DNA from: Chara braunii | Taxonomy: Eukaryota; Plantae; Charophyceae | Length of the DNA stretch: 64,000 nucleotides | Direction: 5' to 3' | NCBI GenBank assembly: GCA_003427395.1 | Contig: BFEA01000021.1 | Location: 309,873 to 373,872, forward strand | Shown: piece by piece, positions 1-11,199 of the stretch | How positions within the stretch are numbered: the stretch's first letter is position 1 | Layout of the letters: each line of letters opens with the position of its first letter | Notes under the pieces: model-generated | Told to the model about the DNA's origin: nothing | What the model saw: only the letters and a program-made list of their open reading frames with translations | The model's database searches: none | Translations under genes and position numbers: made by a program

Positions 1-1578
1 TACAGAGTCTGCCCAGGATGCATCTGACTGATGGATAAGGATTAACCACATTGCCCAGAGTTAGCGATCAATACCACTGAGAAAAGTGGTTGACTGTACT
101 CGCACCAGCCTGCAATCCTAGCAGACTGTCTGAAACACGGTCGTAAGTATGGCGCAGATTCCCAGAACCGACCAGATAACACAGAGTAAGTACAAATACA
201 GCGGAAGACTTGATACATGTGGACTGACTCAAAACCTGACTCGGACTGCAACGAATCTCTCACAAACTTGCATCGGTGGTGTGAAAGCCCTGGCCTTGGA
301 CATGGAAGAAAAGGCCAAGGCCAACTCTCATACACAGATGAATGGAGGGGAGGAGAGACGAAGGGAGGAGGAGAGGGAAGATGACATCAACTTGATGTTT
401 CCAAAAATAGTATGTTGAAGTGTCAGAAGTAGAGAAAATCCGAAATGTCACGAATACCGAGTCTCACAGTATCTCAGATATCGATCTCACAATGTCAAGA
501 TACATCTCCAGAGGTAGATGAAATCAGATCCCAAAAGTAGTCCTCAACCCAAAGTCTGAATGTTTGTCATCTCCAATAGCATCAGAACTCGTAACCATCC
601 TTTACCCTTGTAGTAGTCCAGTAGAGTAACCCAAGAGTAGACCGGGACTTAAAGGGTAGGAGGAGAGAGAGAGAGAGAGAGAGAGAGAACGGAGGAGGAA
701 GAAGAGGGAGGAAAGGCGAAGCCTTTCTCCCTGATACCTGGCGATGCAGCTATGGCGCTGGGCCGCGGGCTGGGCCAGAGGCTGGCGCTACTCCGCTGCT
801 GCGCTGTTCCTCCTTGCTGCTGCGCTAATTCTCTCCTCGCTGCTGCTAATGCTAACGCTGAAGTTCTGCGCTAATCCTGAAGCCTAACCTGCTGTCGACT
901 AACCTGCCTACAGAGGCTGGTACCCGGCTGATATAGTGCTGGGCCAGCCTCAAGGCTGCTGGTACCTTGGGTCTGGACCGTTGATCTGATTCAACGGTTC
1001 AGATCCGTTGTCAGAAACTGAAAGTGGCGGCCTAACTTGGCCACTGTTCAAAACTGTGCCGCCGGTAGGTCCTACCGCTGGACCGGTACCGGCCTGAACC
1101 TATGTCACCGTTGGGCCTGTCTAGACCCCTACACCTAGGCCTCCGGGTTGTAACTGAACCGTCGTACCCTGACCTAGATGGAACCGGGCCCTAACTGGGG
1201 CCCGTGTGGCTCAGAATGCCACACTGTCAGTCCAACCCCTGAGAAGAATGGCAACAAGTCTAAGAAGCTGGTCCAACACACGCATGTGATTAGTGCACGC
1301 ACGCATGTGCTGTTCACACTCAGCTTCAGCACCACGATAACCGTCCCAGACTGTTTTGTCCGACTTTCACTGACTCATCAGGAGGTTGAACCTGGACAGA
1401 CAGTCTGCCCAGGATGCATGTGACGAATGGATAAGGATTAACCACATTGCCCAGAGTTAGCGATCGATACCACTGAGAAAAGTGGCTGACTGTACTCGCA
1501 CCAGCCTGCAATCCTAGCAGACTGTCAGTCCAACCCCTCAGAAGAATGGCAACAAGTCTAAGAAGCTAGTCCAACGCA
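1..1578. mobile_element. Non-coding repeat element with split direct repeats (A1 - 1.1 kb - B1 - A2 - B2); left end lies outside the window
   Basis: 1-130 is repeated at about 1398-1527; 1223-1280 (ctgtcagtccaacccctgagaagaatggcaacaagtctaagaagctggtccaac) is repeated at 1522-1578; no long ORF. Confidence 0.55.
1347..1407 (-). ncRNA. Type III hammerhead ribozyme-like motif, probably inactive (G12 to A)
   Basis: Minus strand reads CAGACTGTC-TGTC-CAGG TTCAA CCTC-CTGATGA-GTC AGTGAAAGTCG GAC-AAAA-CAGTCTG, giving stem III CAGACTG/CAGTCTG, the CUGAUGA core and stem II GTC/GAC. Confidence 0.55.
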
Positions 1579-1813
1579 AAGCCATAAAAGCCACTCTAAA
1601 CACCCATCCTCCTACTCACTCACTCACTCACTCACTCACTGCTTCTCCTCATTGTCTTCCACACTTGCTTACCCATACCCTCATCTTCTACCCTCCTTCC
1701 TAGATCCACCACCCTTACATTCTGCTTAACGCCCAAAACAAAAAAGGCACCATCGAAAGGAGTGGTTCAGTGGGGAGCCATTTACCTACTCTCACTTTCA
1801 CCATCGCTCTTAC

Positions 1814-2211
1814 CTGTCCTCCTCTTCCGCACTGTTCTGTGTGAGCTTTTGACAATGTCTGTCAAGTGACAAAAACGAAAACGAACAAACGACCTGCATG
1901 TTCGTTATTTCTCCCATCCTCCTTCCACCGGTTAAGCTGTGATAACCATAATTCACATGCAAGTCACTGCACCTCCCCGCTGCTCTTCGTTCCCATCCTT
2001 CTTCCCCCTTTTGTGTTCCACTCTCCTGTTACTTATCTTTGGCCCTATCTTATACGCTGTTGTACTCATCCTCCTCCCCGTCCTCTTCGTCCGTGTTCTG
2101 CGGGAGCTTCCACAACTTCTCTCTCGTGAGGGAAAAGTGGATTCACTTGGTGCCAGAAAGGTGATTTGCGACTTGCAGCAACATACAGAAACCCCAAGCA
2201 AAGAGACTGCA

Positions 2212-2246
<35 letters not shown>

Positions 2247-2495
2247 CCCCCCCCCTTTTGCAAAAGGGCACACGCCGTGAGAAGAGGCAGGAGCTGGGGA
2301 AGGTGGGCAAGGTAATGGGGAGGTGAGCAACGATTGCTGGAGACAGGCAGGACAAGGTGAATGAGGTAGGGGGACGTTTGCACCGCTCTCTCTCTCTCCT
2401 TTTTTGTGTTGGAGAGAGAAGTGTGAGGGTCTCCCCCACCTCGACATGGCTGGAGGGAGGCGGGGCAAGGTGAACGAGGTGGGAGAGATGCTTGC

Positions 2496-2578
<83 letters not shown>

Positions 2579-2969
2579 CCGCCCCCTCTGCCTGTGTGCG
2601 TGTGTGTGACACAAACACAAATCAACAAAACTTGACATAACCTGGTCGTCTGGATTGAACCAACGATGTAACTCCGAGAGATCGAACGAAATGGCACGCA
2701 AGCAGAGCGAGGGGCGAGTCTGCAATAACGGGAGATAAGAAGCCGGAGCTTAGGTCGCCATGGGAAAGAGAGATGGGTAAAGTAGGTACAGAGCCGATAT
2801 TGCGACAGGGTGTCGAAAGATGGAGAGTCGAGGGCAAAAGAGGGAGTCGTAGGAGTAGGAGTAGGAGTAGGAGTAGGAGGAGAAAGGGTAAGATCGCGAC
2901 TTACCTCTTTCGCGTTGAGCTGTTCACCGCTCCTTCGACGAAAAACAGAAGGTTCGACTTTTGGAACAT
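1814..2969 (-). other. Putative short 5' exons (UTR or coding) of a minus-strand gene continuing beyond the window start
   Basis: Chain of splice-like signals: donor AG|GTAAGT at 2905; exon about 2719-2642 (TTGCAG|...CAG|GTTATG); exon about 2206-2147; exon about 1858-1814 ending CAG|GTAAGA; TGGGCC motifs at about 3315-3345; no recognisable protein. Confidence 0.25.
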
Positions 2970-3006
2970 CAATCTAGAGCAGCACACTGCTTATCTTTCC
3001 CCCTGG

Positions 3007-3069
<63 letters not shown>
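2498..3069. repeat. (CT)n microsatellites at 2498-2576 and 3008-3064, next to an assembly gap
   Basis: Seen directly. Confidence 0.95.
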
Positions 3070-3376
3070 NNNNNNNNNNNNNNNNNNNNNNNNNNNNNNN
3101 NNNNNNNNNNNNNNNNNNNNNNNNNNNNNCACCCGCACACCCACACCCACCAACACCCAAACGCACGCAGACGCACACACGTACGAACGCACACCACCCA
3201 AGCACGCACCAAGGCGAGCAAACGCACACGCGGCCGTACGACCTACCGGTGCTACCGGTAGTCGGCCTATTCCTTGTCCATGACGACCGTCTGCCTATTC
3301 TACGGGTCCATTACGCCCATTGGGCCCATTAGTACCGGGCCGATTGGCGCACGATCCGGCCGTCGACCCGGGGCCA

Positions 3377-3530
3377 GGTCCCACTAGCAAAGAGGATTGG
3401 ATTTAACTCCTGAATCTGGACGGGTCTGTGGAGAGGTGCCGAAAATCGTGAATGATCTGCTTTTCTGCATCTCTGCATAAAACGCATCCAGATTCAGGCG
3501 CTTGATTCAATACTCTTTGCCAGTAGGACC
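3377..3530. mobile_element. MITE family M2 (TIR GGTCCCACTAGCAAAGAGG); other copies at about 8186-8330, 42535-42688 and 47071-47299
   Basis: About 150-bp palindromic element with inner CCTGAATCTGGA/TCCAGATTCAGG arms; four copies in the window. Confidence 0.8.
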
Positions 3531-5771
3531 TCACCCCCGGTAGGACTTGCTAATATAGCGAAGATTTTTTTATTTTTTTTTTAATATATTTTTGAAGTAA
3601 TTGAATGAGCTAGCGAAGATCTTGCTGTGGCGACGATTGGTATTTTCCTTTCTTGCTTGATTGAGAGGTTATTACCGCAGGAAAAACCTGTTTTGGGGAT
3701 AATAACCATCCTTACGTCCTTTGATCATGGTAATGATGGTAATAATCGTTTTTTTTTTTGTTTTTTTTTTGTAATAATCGTTTTCGCCGGAAGAGGAGAT
3801 TGATTTGGCGTTGGCAGGCGGGAATGACCTGTTTTCATCCGCACGTCCTTTGGTAATGGTACATGATCGTTTTCGATAGACATTGCAAATCCGAGAGGCA
3901 ATGAGAGTCATTTTGTCGGGCAATGATTGGATTGGAGAGAAAGCGATGCTAACCCCAGCGTGGAGCTGAGATAAGCTGTACGCATCACACAAGCACATAT
4001 TACACAACATGCCAAAATATGTGAAGCTCGGAAATGCTTCAGTATAACTCTTAGAAAAATAGAAGTGACAAGCCAAGAGTACGACTCTTCAGACGATAGG
4101 AAGGTAGGCTCCAAGAGAAAACACCATAGATGGTGTTCTCGCCATCAGCCGTGTGGCGATGGCGGCTGGCTTCCCTCTACCGGTTTCGGCTAGAGCCAGT
4201 TCTAGCCTCATCAGGAGGGGGCAAATCCGAGATGACGTGAGAGTAAGTTCCTACCTAATAAATACTAGATTATCCACCCTCAGTAGTTCTCCAGTCGCGT
4301 CTACTGCAGTCCCACTATTCCCGAAGTGCCGCTAGTAAAAAATTAAAAGAAACTCGGACGCCTTAACTCCGGTATCTTCAGTCCAGACTCGCTATTTTTC
4401 CAGAAGTTCCCGGTAAGTACTTTGGTTTCCTGGAAGTTCAAAACGATTTCTGATCTATGAAAGGATTCCCTGAAAAGGCGGTAACTTCTGCGGTCTGTTT
4501 AAAATAAAAGAAAGAAATTCGGGCGCGGTAACTCTGCAGTATCTGCTATCTTCAGTCCTAGCTCGCTATTTTCTTCAGAGGTTCCCGGTAAGTACCAAAC
4601 GATTTCTGATCTANGAGAAGGTTTCCTGANAAACGTTAAAAGCTTTCAGATATGATAATGCNTTCTGAGATCCAAATAGTANCTCCTGAAATCTAGGANT
4701 TGTNCCCTANAAAATATNTATCCCAANAAATCCGAAAAAATCCCTGGTTCAGAAAAAGGNGGCAGTTCTACGACTTGTACGGCCCGTCACTTTGTAAAAC
4801 GTTTCGGACGCTGTTCTCTCGATGTCTCCGGTGAATCTTCGGATTTCTTGGCATTTTCTTTCCCTCGCGCCGTTTTTTGAGATATTCAGGTTTTGGACTA
4901 TTTGAAAGTCCATTTTCCTGCAGATATCCGGGATTACCATCCACAGTACTTTCTTCCCCAAGCGTCCCACGACGGTGCTCGTCTTCGANTAAACTTACCT
5001 AAGCACTCGTCGAAGTATTTACCTGGGTAATCTTGCAGNCGTAGAAGTCTCTTCAGGGTCAGTAATCCGAGACCAGTCAGTTCAGTCTCCGAAGTCATCT
5101 GGTACAGTCTGTGCAGACAGCAAGTAATTACCGCCTTCTTCTGCTGGACTGGTGAGTATGAAGTAAAGTCCTGGATTGTCCTGAACGTCAGTTCTCCGTC
5201 CTTCCAGATTTCCTTGAAGTTCCGTTGAACTAACTGGACAATGACCTCAACCGAACCGAGAAGGGAAAAACCCAATCACCGCTATCGCTCCTATCGCTCG
5301 CGCTTTTTTCCTTCGATTTCCCGCGTCATTTCATGGTAATAATTTGGTAGGTAATTGCCGCCTTCAAGATTCCTCTTAGGTCGAACTCACACTAAGACTT
5401 TTCTGGACTGAATCTGGCCGTAATTCTGGTCAGATACGTCCGCAAAAGTCCCAAGTGCGACTACACCCTTTCGTACTACGGTAGTAAATTACTCCTTGTT
5501 TCGCAAATACTACGTCGTTTTTCTTTCGCTTCCCTTGGCATTTTTACTAATTAATAAACTATACTATTATTATTAACTAAAGAGCCACACGTCAGGGCGT
5601 ACTCGCACTACTTGCAGCACTATCGTAAACCGTATTTGACCGCGTTTGCGGCCCGACCTGTTTGCATCCGGCCGTAATTCCGTCCAGAAATAAGTAAAAA
5701 GGTGCTGCATCTGGCCGTAATTCCGTCCAGTGAGTCTACAGGTGTTAGGAAGAGAAGGAAGGTGTATGTGT

Positions 5772-5885
5772 CTACCCGTCTTCACCCGAATATCGAACGC
5801 CCGGTTATTGTAGCTGCATTTGGCACAACTATCAGTCCAGATGCAGCGATAATTACCGGGCGTTTTATTCGCGTGAACACGGTAG
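5772..5885. mobile_element. MITE family M1 (TA|CCGTCTTCAC...GTGAAGACGG|TA), Tc1/mariner-pogo-like; other copies at 6394-6515, 47541-47650, about 47849-48050, 49630-49742 and 53694-53811
   Basis: About 110-bp foldback with roughly 40-bp TIRs (ctaccgtcttcacccgaatagaacgcccggtcatt) flanked by TA. Confidence 0.8.
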
Positions 5886-7232
5886 CTCGGCGGGACTCCA
5901 ACACGTGTCGGCTTAAGAGGAGGAGGAGGAAGAAGGCTTATGTGTCTGGCCCGGGGCTCGACCACGTGTCCTCGAATCATTGATTTTATTATTTATAAAA
6001 TTACTTCACTGTATATTCGATAGAATTCACTCACGGTCAACAGTAGTAAAAAGGAGGAGGACCGAGGCTTATGTGCCTGGGTCGGGACTGGAACACGTCC
6101 TCATTATTGATGACCAATGAGGGAGAGGAGCCAGATGGCACGTTAAGTGTCCAAGGGCAGATGCACAAATTACGAAGAGGATGGAGATGGAGAAGGGGAG
6201 AAGTAGGTGGTCTTAAGAGGGGAAAATGTCGAGAGCAATGCGATATGGGTTTTGGGTTTAGGCGGAGATCAACAAAAAAGGAAAGAAGTGGGAGAGCTTT
6301 GTGGTCTTTAAAAAAAATTAAGGAAAAAAGGGAAAAAAAAAAAAAACTTCCTGATAGGCTGAGAAGGTCGTCGTGGGTCGGAAAGAAGAAGAGCTACCAT
6401 CACCACCCGAAGAGAACGCCCGGGGTCATTACAACGACGCTGTGTATTGCGTGCAACTTCCAGTCTAGATACAGAATAATCACCGGGCGTTCTATTCTGT
6501 TGGTAACGACGGTAGAAGGCAACGAAGATGGGCCAGTGAACTTTCCGCGAACTCTCCGTGATGATGACGTGGCAGATAAGGGTAATCTCGCCAGCGAGGA
6601 TGGAAAGGATGGAGGCCAAGCATGAGAAGGGGCAGATCTTGATTTATTTTATTTTATTTTATATTTTTTTGGGCGGTGCAGATTTGGATTTTAAGGAGCC
6701 GGTGACGTGGAATAGGGTCGGGGGAGGAGTACAGGAGGAAATGGTAGAATGCGTGAACAAGATGAGACACGTGGCGCGCTTACAGCCTTTTTTTTTTTTT
6801 TTTGTCTAGAGCCTTTTTCTTCTCCTGCCGAGTTAGACATAGGGTCTCGCCGCACGGCACACGAAACGAAAACGAAACGCGTGCATCTGCCCACGAAAGG
6901 TGGCAAAATACACTCGTTACTATTTACAGCAAACGGATGAACCTGGCCGTTTTCTGCAGGAGGATGCACTCGTTTCGTTTTTCGATCGTGTCCTGTGCGG
7001 CGACGCCCATACTGACCCCCCCCCGGGGCCATATCATTGTCATCTAATATGCATATATCGTCACATGAATATCAGAGCGCAAAGGCGAAAAAAAACAGAA
7101 AACAAGAAAAATTAATAATAATAACAATAATTCGTTTTTTTTATCGTCGTTCTTAAAACTCCCCCTGTTCAGAACCTCTTCCGTACAAGGCCGCCCACGT
7201 GGATGTAGGCTGAGCGGCGGCTGCATATATAT

Positions 7233-9098
7233 TGTCACATTGTGAATCAGAGCGCAAAAAAGGGGAAAGAAAAAAGGAAAAGGAAAAAAGGGGGAGGGGG
7301 AAGAGGTAAGGAAAGCTCCACCTGTTCATAACCTCTTACGTACAAGGCCAGCCACGTGGATGACAGGTTGAGCGCTGGCTGCCCCCATCCCCGTGTGTCA
7401 CAAGGACCCACTTGCACGCAGCCAAAAGGCAAAGAGGTAAAGAAGGGGAGGAGGAAACCAAACCTGACAGGGAAAGAAAGATAACCAAACCTGACAGGGA
7501 AAGAAAGATAGGGAAAGAAAGATAATCCAATTACCACAAAGCAAATAACACATCCCACATTCAACGTATCTTTTTTCTTTTTTTCTTTTTTTCTCTTTCT
7601 TCTTTTTTTCTTTTTTTCTCTTTTTCTTTCCTTCTTTTTTTCTTTACCTGCCCCCACCTCGGCAGATAGGACAGCTACGGTGAGGATGATGTGGATGTTC
7701 ACAATGATGCCCAAGGAGAGCTGCGCCAGCACAGCATTCTGCAGGACGGCTAGCACGAACCATCCCATCAAAACAGTCCTGACAGAGGACGTGTTGTCCA
7801 CATGTCAAAAACACGGCAGGACGTTCATCACAGTGCGGCATCATACAGTTCTGATAGCGTCCTTGGGCACAATAGGGACAACGTATATCTGGGTGTTAGG
7901 GATGTGTACAATGAGGAAATGTTGGACACCCTTCAGGACAGACGGCGGCAGTCGCAATAGATTGATAATGGCTATGGCATAGATGATGCATTCCACAGCC
8001 AAGGCGCACCGCGTCTCTGTCCCGACAGGCGTCACACGAGAGTCGGTCAATAATAGTCACATGAATATCAGAGCGCAAAGGCGAAAAAAACATATATATA
8101 CAAAAAAAACAATTGCAAAGGATTCTTGGAGTCGACGAGGAGGACGTGAAGGAAAGGTGACAAGCGTGGAACGAGTAAGGGCCAGATCCCACTGGCAAGG
8201 ACGACTGGAATAAGTGTCTGAATCTGGACGTGTTCCACGGAGAGATGCATAAAAGCAGATCAATCACAGTTTTCTGCACCTCGCCGCGAAGACGTCCAGC
8301 TTCAGACCCTCATTCCAATCCTCAAGAATCTAGGATTGCTTGTTTGCGGGCAAGGGTGTTTTGATATCCTGGTTGGTCTTGTCCCGTCGTTTGGCCTGTG
8401 TGACGACGGAGGGGGCGGGCGGTGCTTGCATGTGGGACTTGTCATCTAGGATCCGTTTATGTTTGTTTGCCCTTGTTTTGTTATATTGGCTGTTGCCTTC
8501 CTCTTTCTTTGGCCCTTTGCCATTTGGCTGTGTGCAAGTGGGTCGATACGACACATGGGGGTGGGGGCAGCCGCCGCTCAACCTAAACATCCACGTGGGC
8601 GGCCTGGTACGCAAGAGGTTCTGAACAGGGGGAGTCTTGTAAGTAAGAACATAAAAACTGTGCGCTCTGACATCTTTGTGACGTTCTATACTATATATAA
8701 TACAATATATGTTAAAACCAAGGAAAAAGGCAAAAAAAGAAACCTGAGAAAAAACAAAAAACAAAAAAAACAAAATAAACAAAAAAGTTATGTGGGATGG
8801 TACTTGGATTATCTGTGGGATGTGTCACTTGCTTCGTCTGTTTAATAGGCTTTCTTCTTCTGTGAGGTTTGGTTTCCTCCTCCCTCCTTTTCTTTACCTC
8901 TTTTTCGCCTTTTGGCTGCGTGCAAGTGGGTCTTTGTGACACACGGGGATGGGGGCAGCCAGCGCTCAACCTGTCATCCACGTGGCTGGCCTTGTACGTA
9001 AAAGGTAATGAACAGGTGGGGCTTTCCTTCCTTCTTCCTTCTTTTCCTTTCCTTGTTTTGCCTTTTTCCGCCTTTGCGCTCCGATTCACAGTGTGACA
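7233..9098 (-). mobile_element. Non-autonomous long-TIR DNA transposon, Ginger-like (TGT...ACA ends, 4-bp TSD ATAT)
   Basis: Starts atat|TGTCACATTGTGAATCAGAGCGCAAA and ends TTTGCGCTCCGATTCACAGTGTGACA|atat; about 300-bp imperfect TIRs (7233-7565 vs about 8790-9098); a related copy is nested at about 8056-8682 and a partial copy lies at about 7060-7224. Confidence 0.7.
7644..8050 (-). pseudogene. Remnant coding region with two tandem RING-variant zinc fingers (one in-frame stop) inside the TIR element
   Basis: ORFs 7896-8279 and 7644-7844 are in the same frame: CDAC-x9-CGMHHLCHSH...CPEGC..HCTHP*HP..CPYC then CMMPHC-x9-CGQHVLCQDC...CC...HCEHPHHP..CPIC. Confidence 0.6.
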
Positions 9099-9129
9099 AT
9101 ATATTTACAATCAAATATGTATATACCGT

Positions 9130-9421
9130 CATAGAGAACTGCCCGGTGAACCGTAAGCAGAGATGGAGACGAGGACAACAGAGGGGGGGCTGTGACAGAC
9201 TGTTTCATCTCAGTTTGACCCACTCATCAGCAGGCCAAACCCTCCTCTACAGTCTGCAGAGTCCCGTACTAACGGATGAAAATAAAATACTATTAAGAGG
9301 TAATCCATCCTTAACCCCAGTTCGTTGTGATTAAGCATCAAAGACTGCCCGGACAACTGATACCCTGCAAGGACTGAATTAATTAATCCCAAGTCTGGTT
9401 AGGGGGCGCTGAGCTCTACGC

Positions 9422-9465
<44 letters not shown>

Positions 9466-9760
9466 CTAGATTCAACAGTCAGGCCCAAGATTCTCTCTCT
9501 AGAGAATAATTTCTTTCTTTTTTTTCTTTACGACGTATCATATCATATGTAAGCTTTACTTTTTTATTTTTTTTTAGACATAATAGATCAGTTTGGCGTA
9601 GAGTTTGCGCGCTCCCGAAGCAGACGTAGAATTCAGACCTTCCGGGGTATAACCGTAGTCAGGCACTCTTTGATGCTTAATCATAACTAACTGGGGTTAA
9701 GGGTGGATTATTATCCCTTAATAGTATCATCACTCTGCAGACTGTAGAAGAGGGGCCCTC
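9130..9760. mobile_element. Element with about 120-bp inverted repeats (9243-9360 vs 9655-9755) overlapping a hammerhead motif
   Basis: ctctacagtctgcagagt...ccttaaccccagtt...gattaagcatcaaaga is mirrored by tctttgatgcttaatc...aactggggttaagg...actctgcagactgtag; inner pair ctctacgccaaa/tttggcgtagag. Confidence 0.65.
9196..9256 (-). ncRNA. Type III hammerhead ribozyme-like motif with GUA cleavage triplet
   Basis: Minus strand reads CAGACTGTA-GAGGAGG GTTTGG CCTG-CTGATGA-GTGGGTCAAACTGAGAT-GAAACAGTCTG: intact core and 8-bp stem III, weak stems I and II. Confidence 0.6.
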
Positions 9761-10086
9761 CTTTTTTGTCCACTTCTTCCTCTCTGCCTACGTGTATAAT
9801 AATATCTACCTTCGTCAAACAAATAATAATAATAATAATATCTACCTTCTGACCGAGATGTGCCCCCTCCTCGAGCATGGCCTTCTTCCTCTTCTTTTTT
9901 TTTTTTTTCAGAGAGCCTCCCTCCTTCCCGTTCTCGCTGGCACCAGTGAGGGCATCCTCACACTGGCACTTTCCTAAATGCATCTGACCGACATCACGGC
10001 CAGACGTGGATGAATCTGTCCGCAATCACCTCCACAGCTTGGAAAGAAAAAAACTAGTATTTTTTTATTATTATTATTTTTTTAAA

Positions 10087-10185
10087 TATGCGTGTCATCC
10101 TTGCGCAATCACTTCCATGCTAGTCTTTTCTCTGTATCGTTCCATTTTTTTTTATTTATTTTTTTTTATGGATGTCCCGAAGGAC
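10087..10185 (-). pseudogene. U6 snRNA pseudogene (3'-truncated, A-rich expansion)
   Basis: Reverse complement GTCCTTCGGGACATCC...TGGAACGATACAGAGAAAAGACTAGCATGG...TGCGCAAGGATGACACGCATA matches plant-type U6. Confidence 0.85.
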
Positions 10186-10232
10186 AAAAGACCTAGTATG
10201 AATATTCCCCTAATGTAATGTTATGACCGCTT

Positions 10233-10541
10233 TTTAAACCACCAGTACTTGGCCCAGCTATCGTCCGTGGAAAAAAAAAAAAAAAAGAGTAGAAACGTTT
10301 CTACTCGGATGAATTTGGTCTCTCCTGTAGTGGTCCGTACCTTGTTCATGGGCGCACGTCTTTACGAAGTCCTGGTGGTTTAAACCAACCACCAGTACTT
10401 CCTAAAGTCGTGCCCGTCACGCGATACGATTTTAGGAAATGTACCGGCCACTACAGGAGCGCCCAAATTCATCCAACTAGAAACGTTTCTACTCTATTGT
10501 TTTCCGCTACCGATAGCTGAGCCAAGTGTTGGTGGTTTAAA
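10233..10541. mobile_element. Foldback MITE with TTTAAACCACCAGTAC termini; related ends at about 54414-54430, 61632-61796, 62259 and 63437
   Basis: About 110-bp inverted arms (aaccaccagtacttggcccagctatcg...gagtagaaacgtttcta...ggatgaatttgg and their complement). Confidence 0.75.
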
Positions 10542-10665
10542 GCGCGTATTCAACAGCGTGGCGGCCATCGCCTGTCACCTTTCCTTCACATTCCTTCACA
10601 TCCTCCCCGTTTTTCTACACCCTATTTCCTCTTCTCCTCCCCCCCCCCCCCCCCCCCCTCTTGCC

Positions 10666-10865
10666 CGGGTCAGGTGTGGGTGTGACTGGGTACACTGGGA
10701 CGCGGGAAACCGTGCTGGGTTGGGGTTAAGTACGATTGGTATTCTTGGAGCTTAACTTTCACCCCAGTCAGTTTTTACCTCAGTCAGCTTTTACCCGTTT
10801 GGTTGAGCGTGAAACTCCCATGAGGGAGGTCGCGTGTTCGATTGTTGAGATCGATAGATCGGATC
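10666..10865 (+). mobile_element. SINE-like repeat: 5' hairpin followed by a tRNA-like segment; second copy at 46381-46565
   Basis: Both copies share gtgactgggtacac...ctggggtggggttaag/cttaactttcaccccag hairpin, then an A-box-like TAGCCGTTTGG (clear in the 46k copy) and a B-box-like TGTTCGAT. Confidence 0.55.
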
Positions 10866-11199
10866 ATGGACGAAAAATGCTTTTTTTTTTTTTTTTTTTT
10901 TTTTGGCCATTCTTCTCTTCAGTTACCGGCGGCAAGCGTTACATTAGCTGAATGTGAATGTAGAGATGCAGAATCTCAGACCTGCACTTTCAGGCATCCC
11001 ATCAAATCTCTCTCCTCTTTATGCAAGTGGGATGTCCTACCTGGGACAAGCTCCTCATCGTCGCCCGACCTCAACATGTCTTCGACTAACAACAGTCCTC
11101 TCATATGTCCAAAAAAAAAAAAAAAAAAAGGTAAGACTTCACCCAAAGAAAGAAACCAATAGAAATGGATGTCGTCTACACGGCGGGAGTAACAGTCGT

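Noticed and set aside
131-1222. Internal region as a spliced-out intron explaining the A2-B2 junction
   Set aside because: No register of the ACTGTC microhomology gave GT...AG boundaries on the minus strand, which was the strand tested
1953-3332. Long ORFs rich in ER/SL dipeptides
   Set aside because: Produced by (GA)n/(CT)n microsatellites and N gaps
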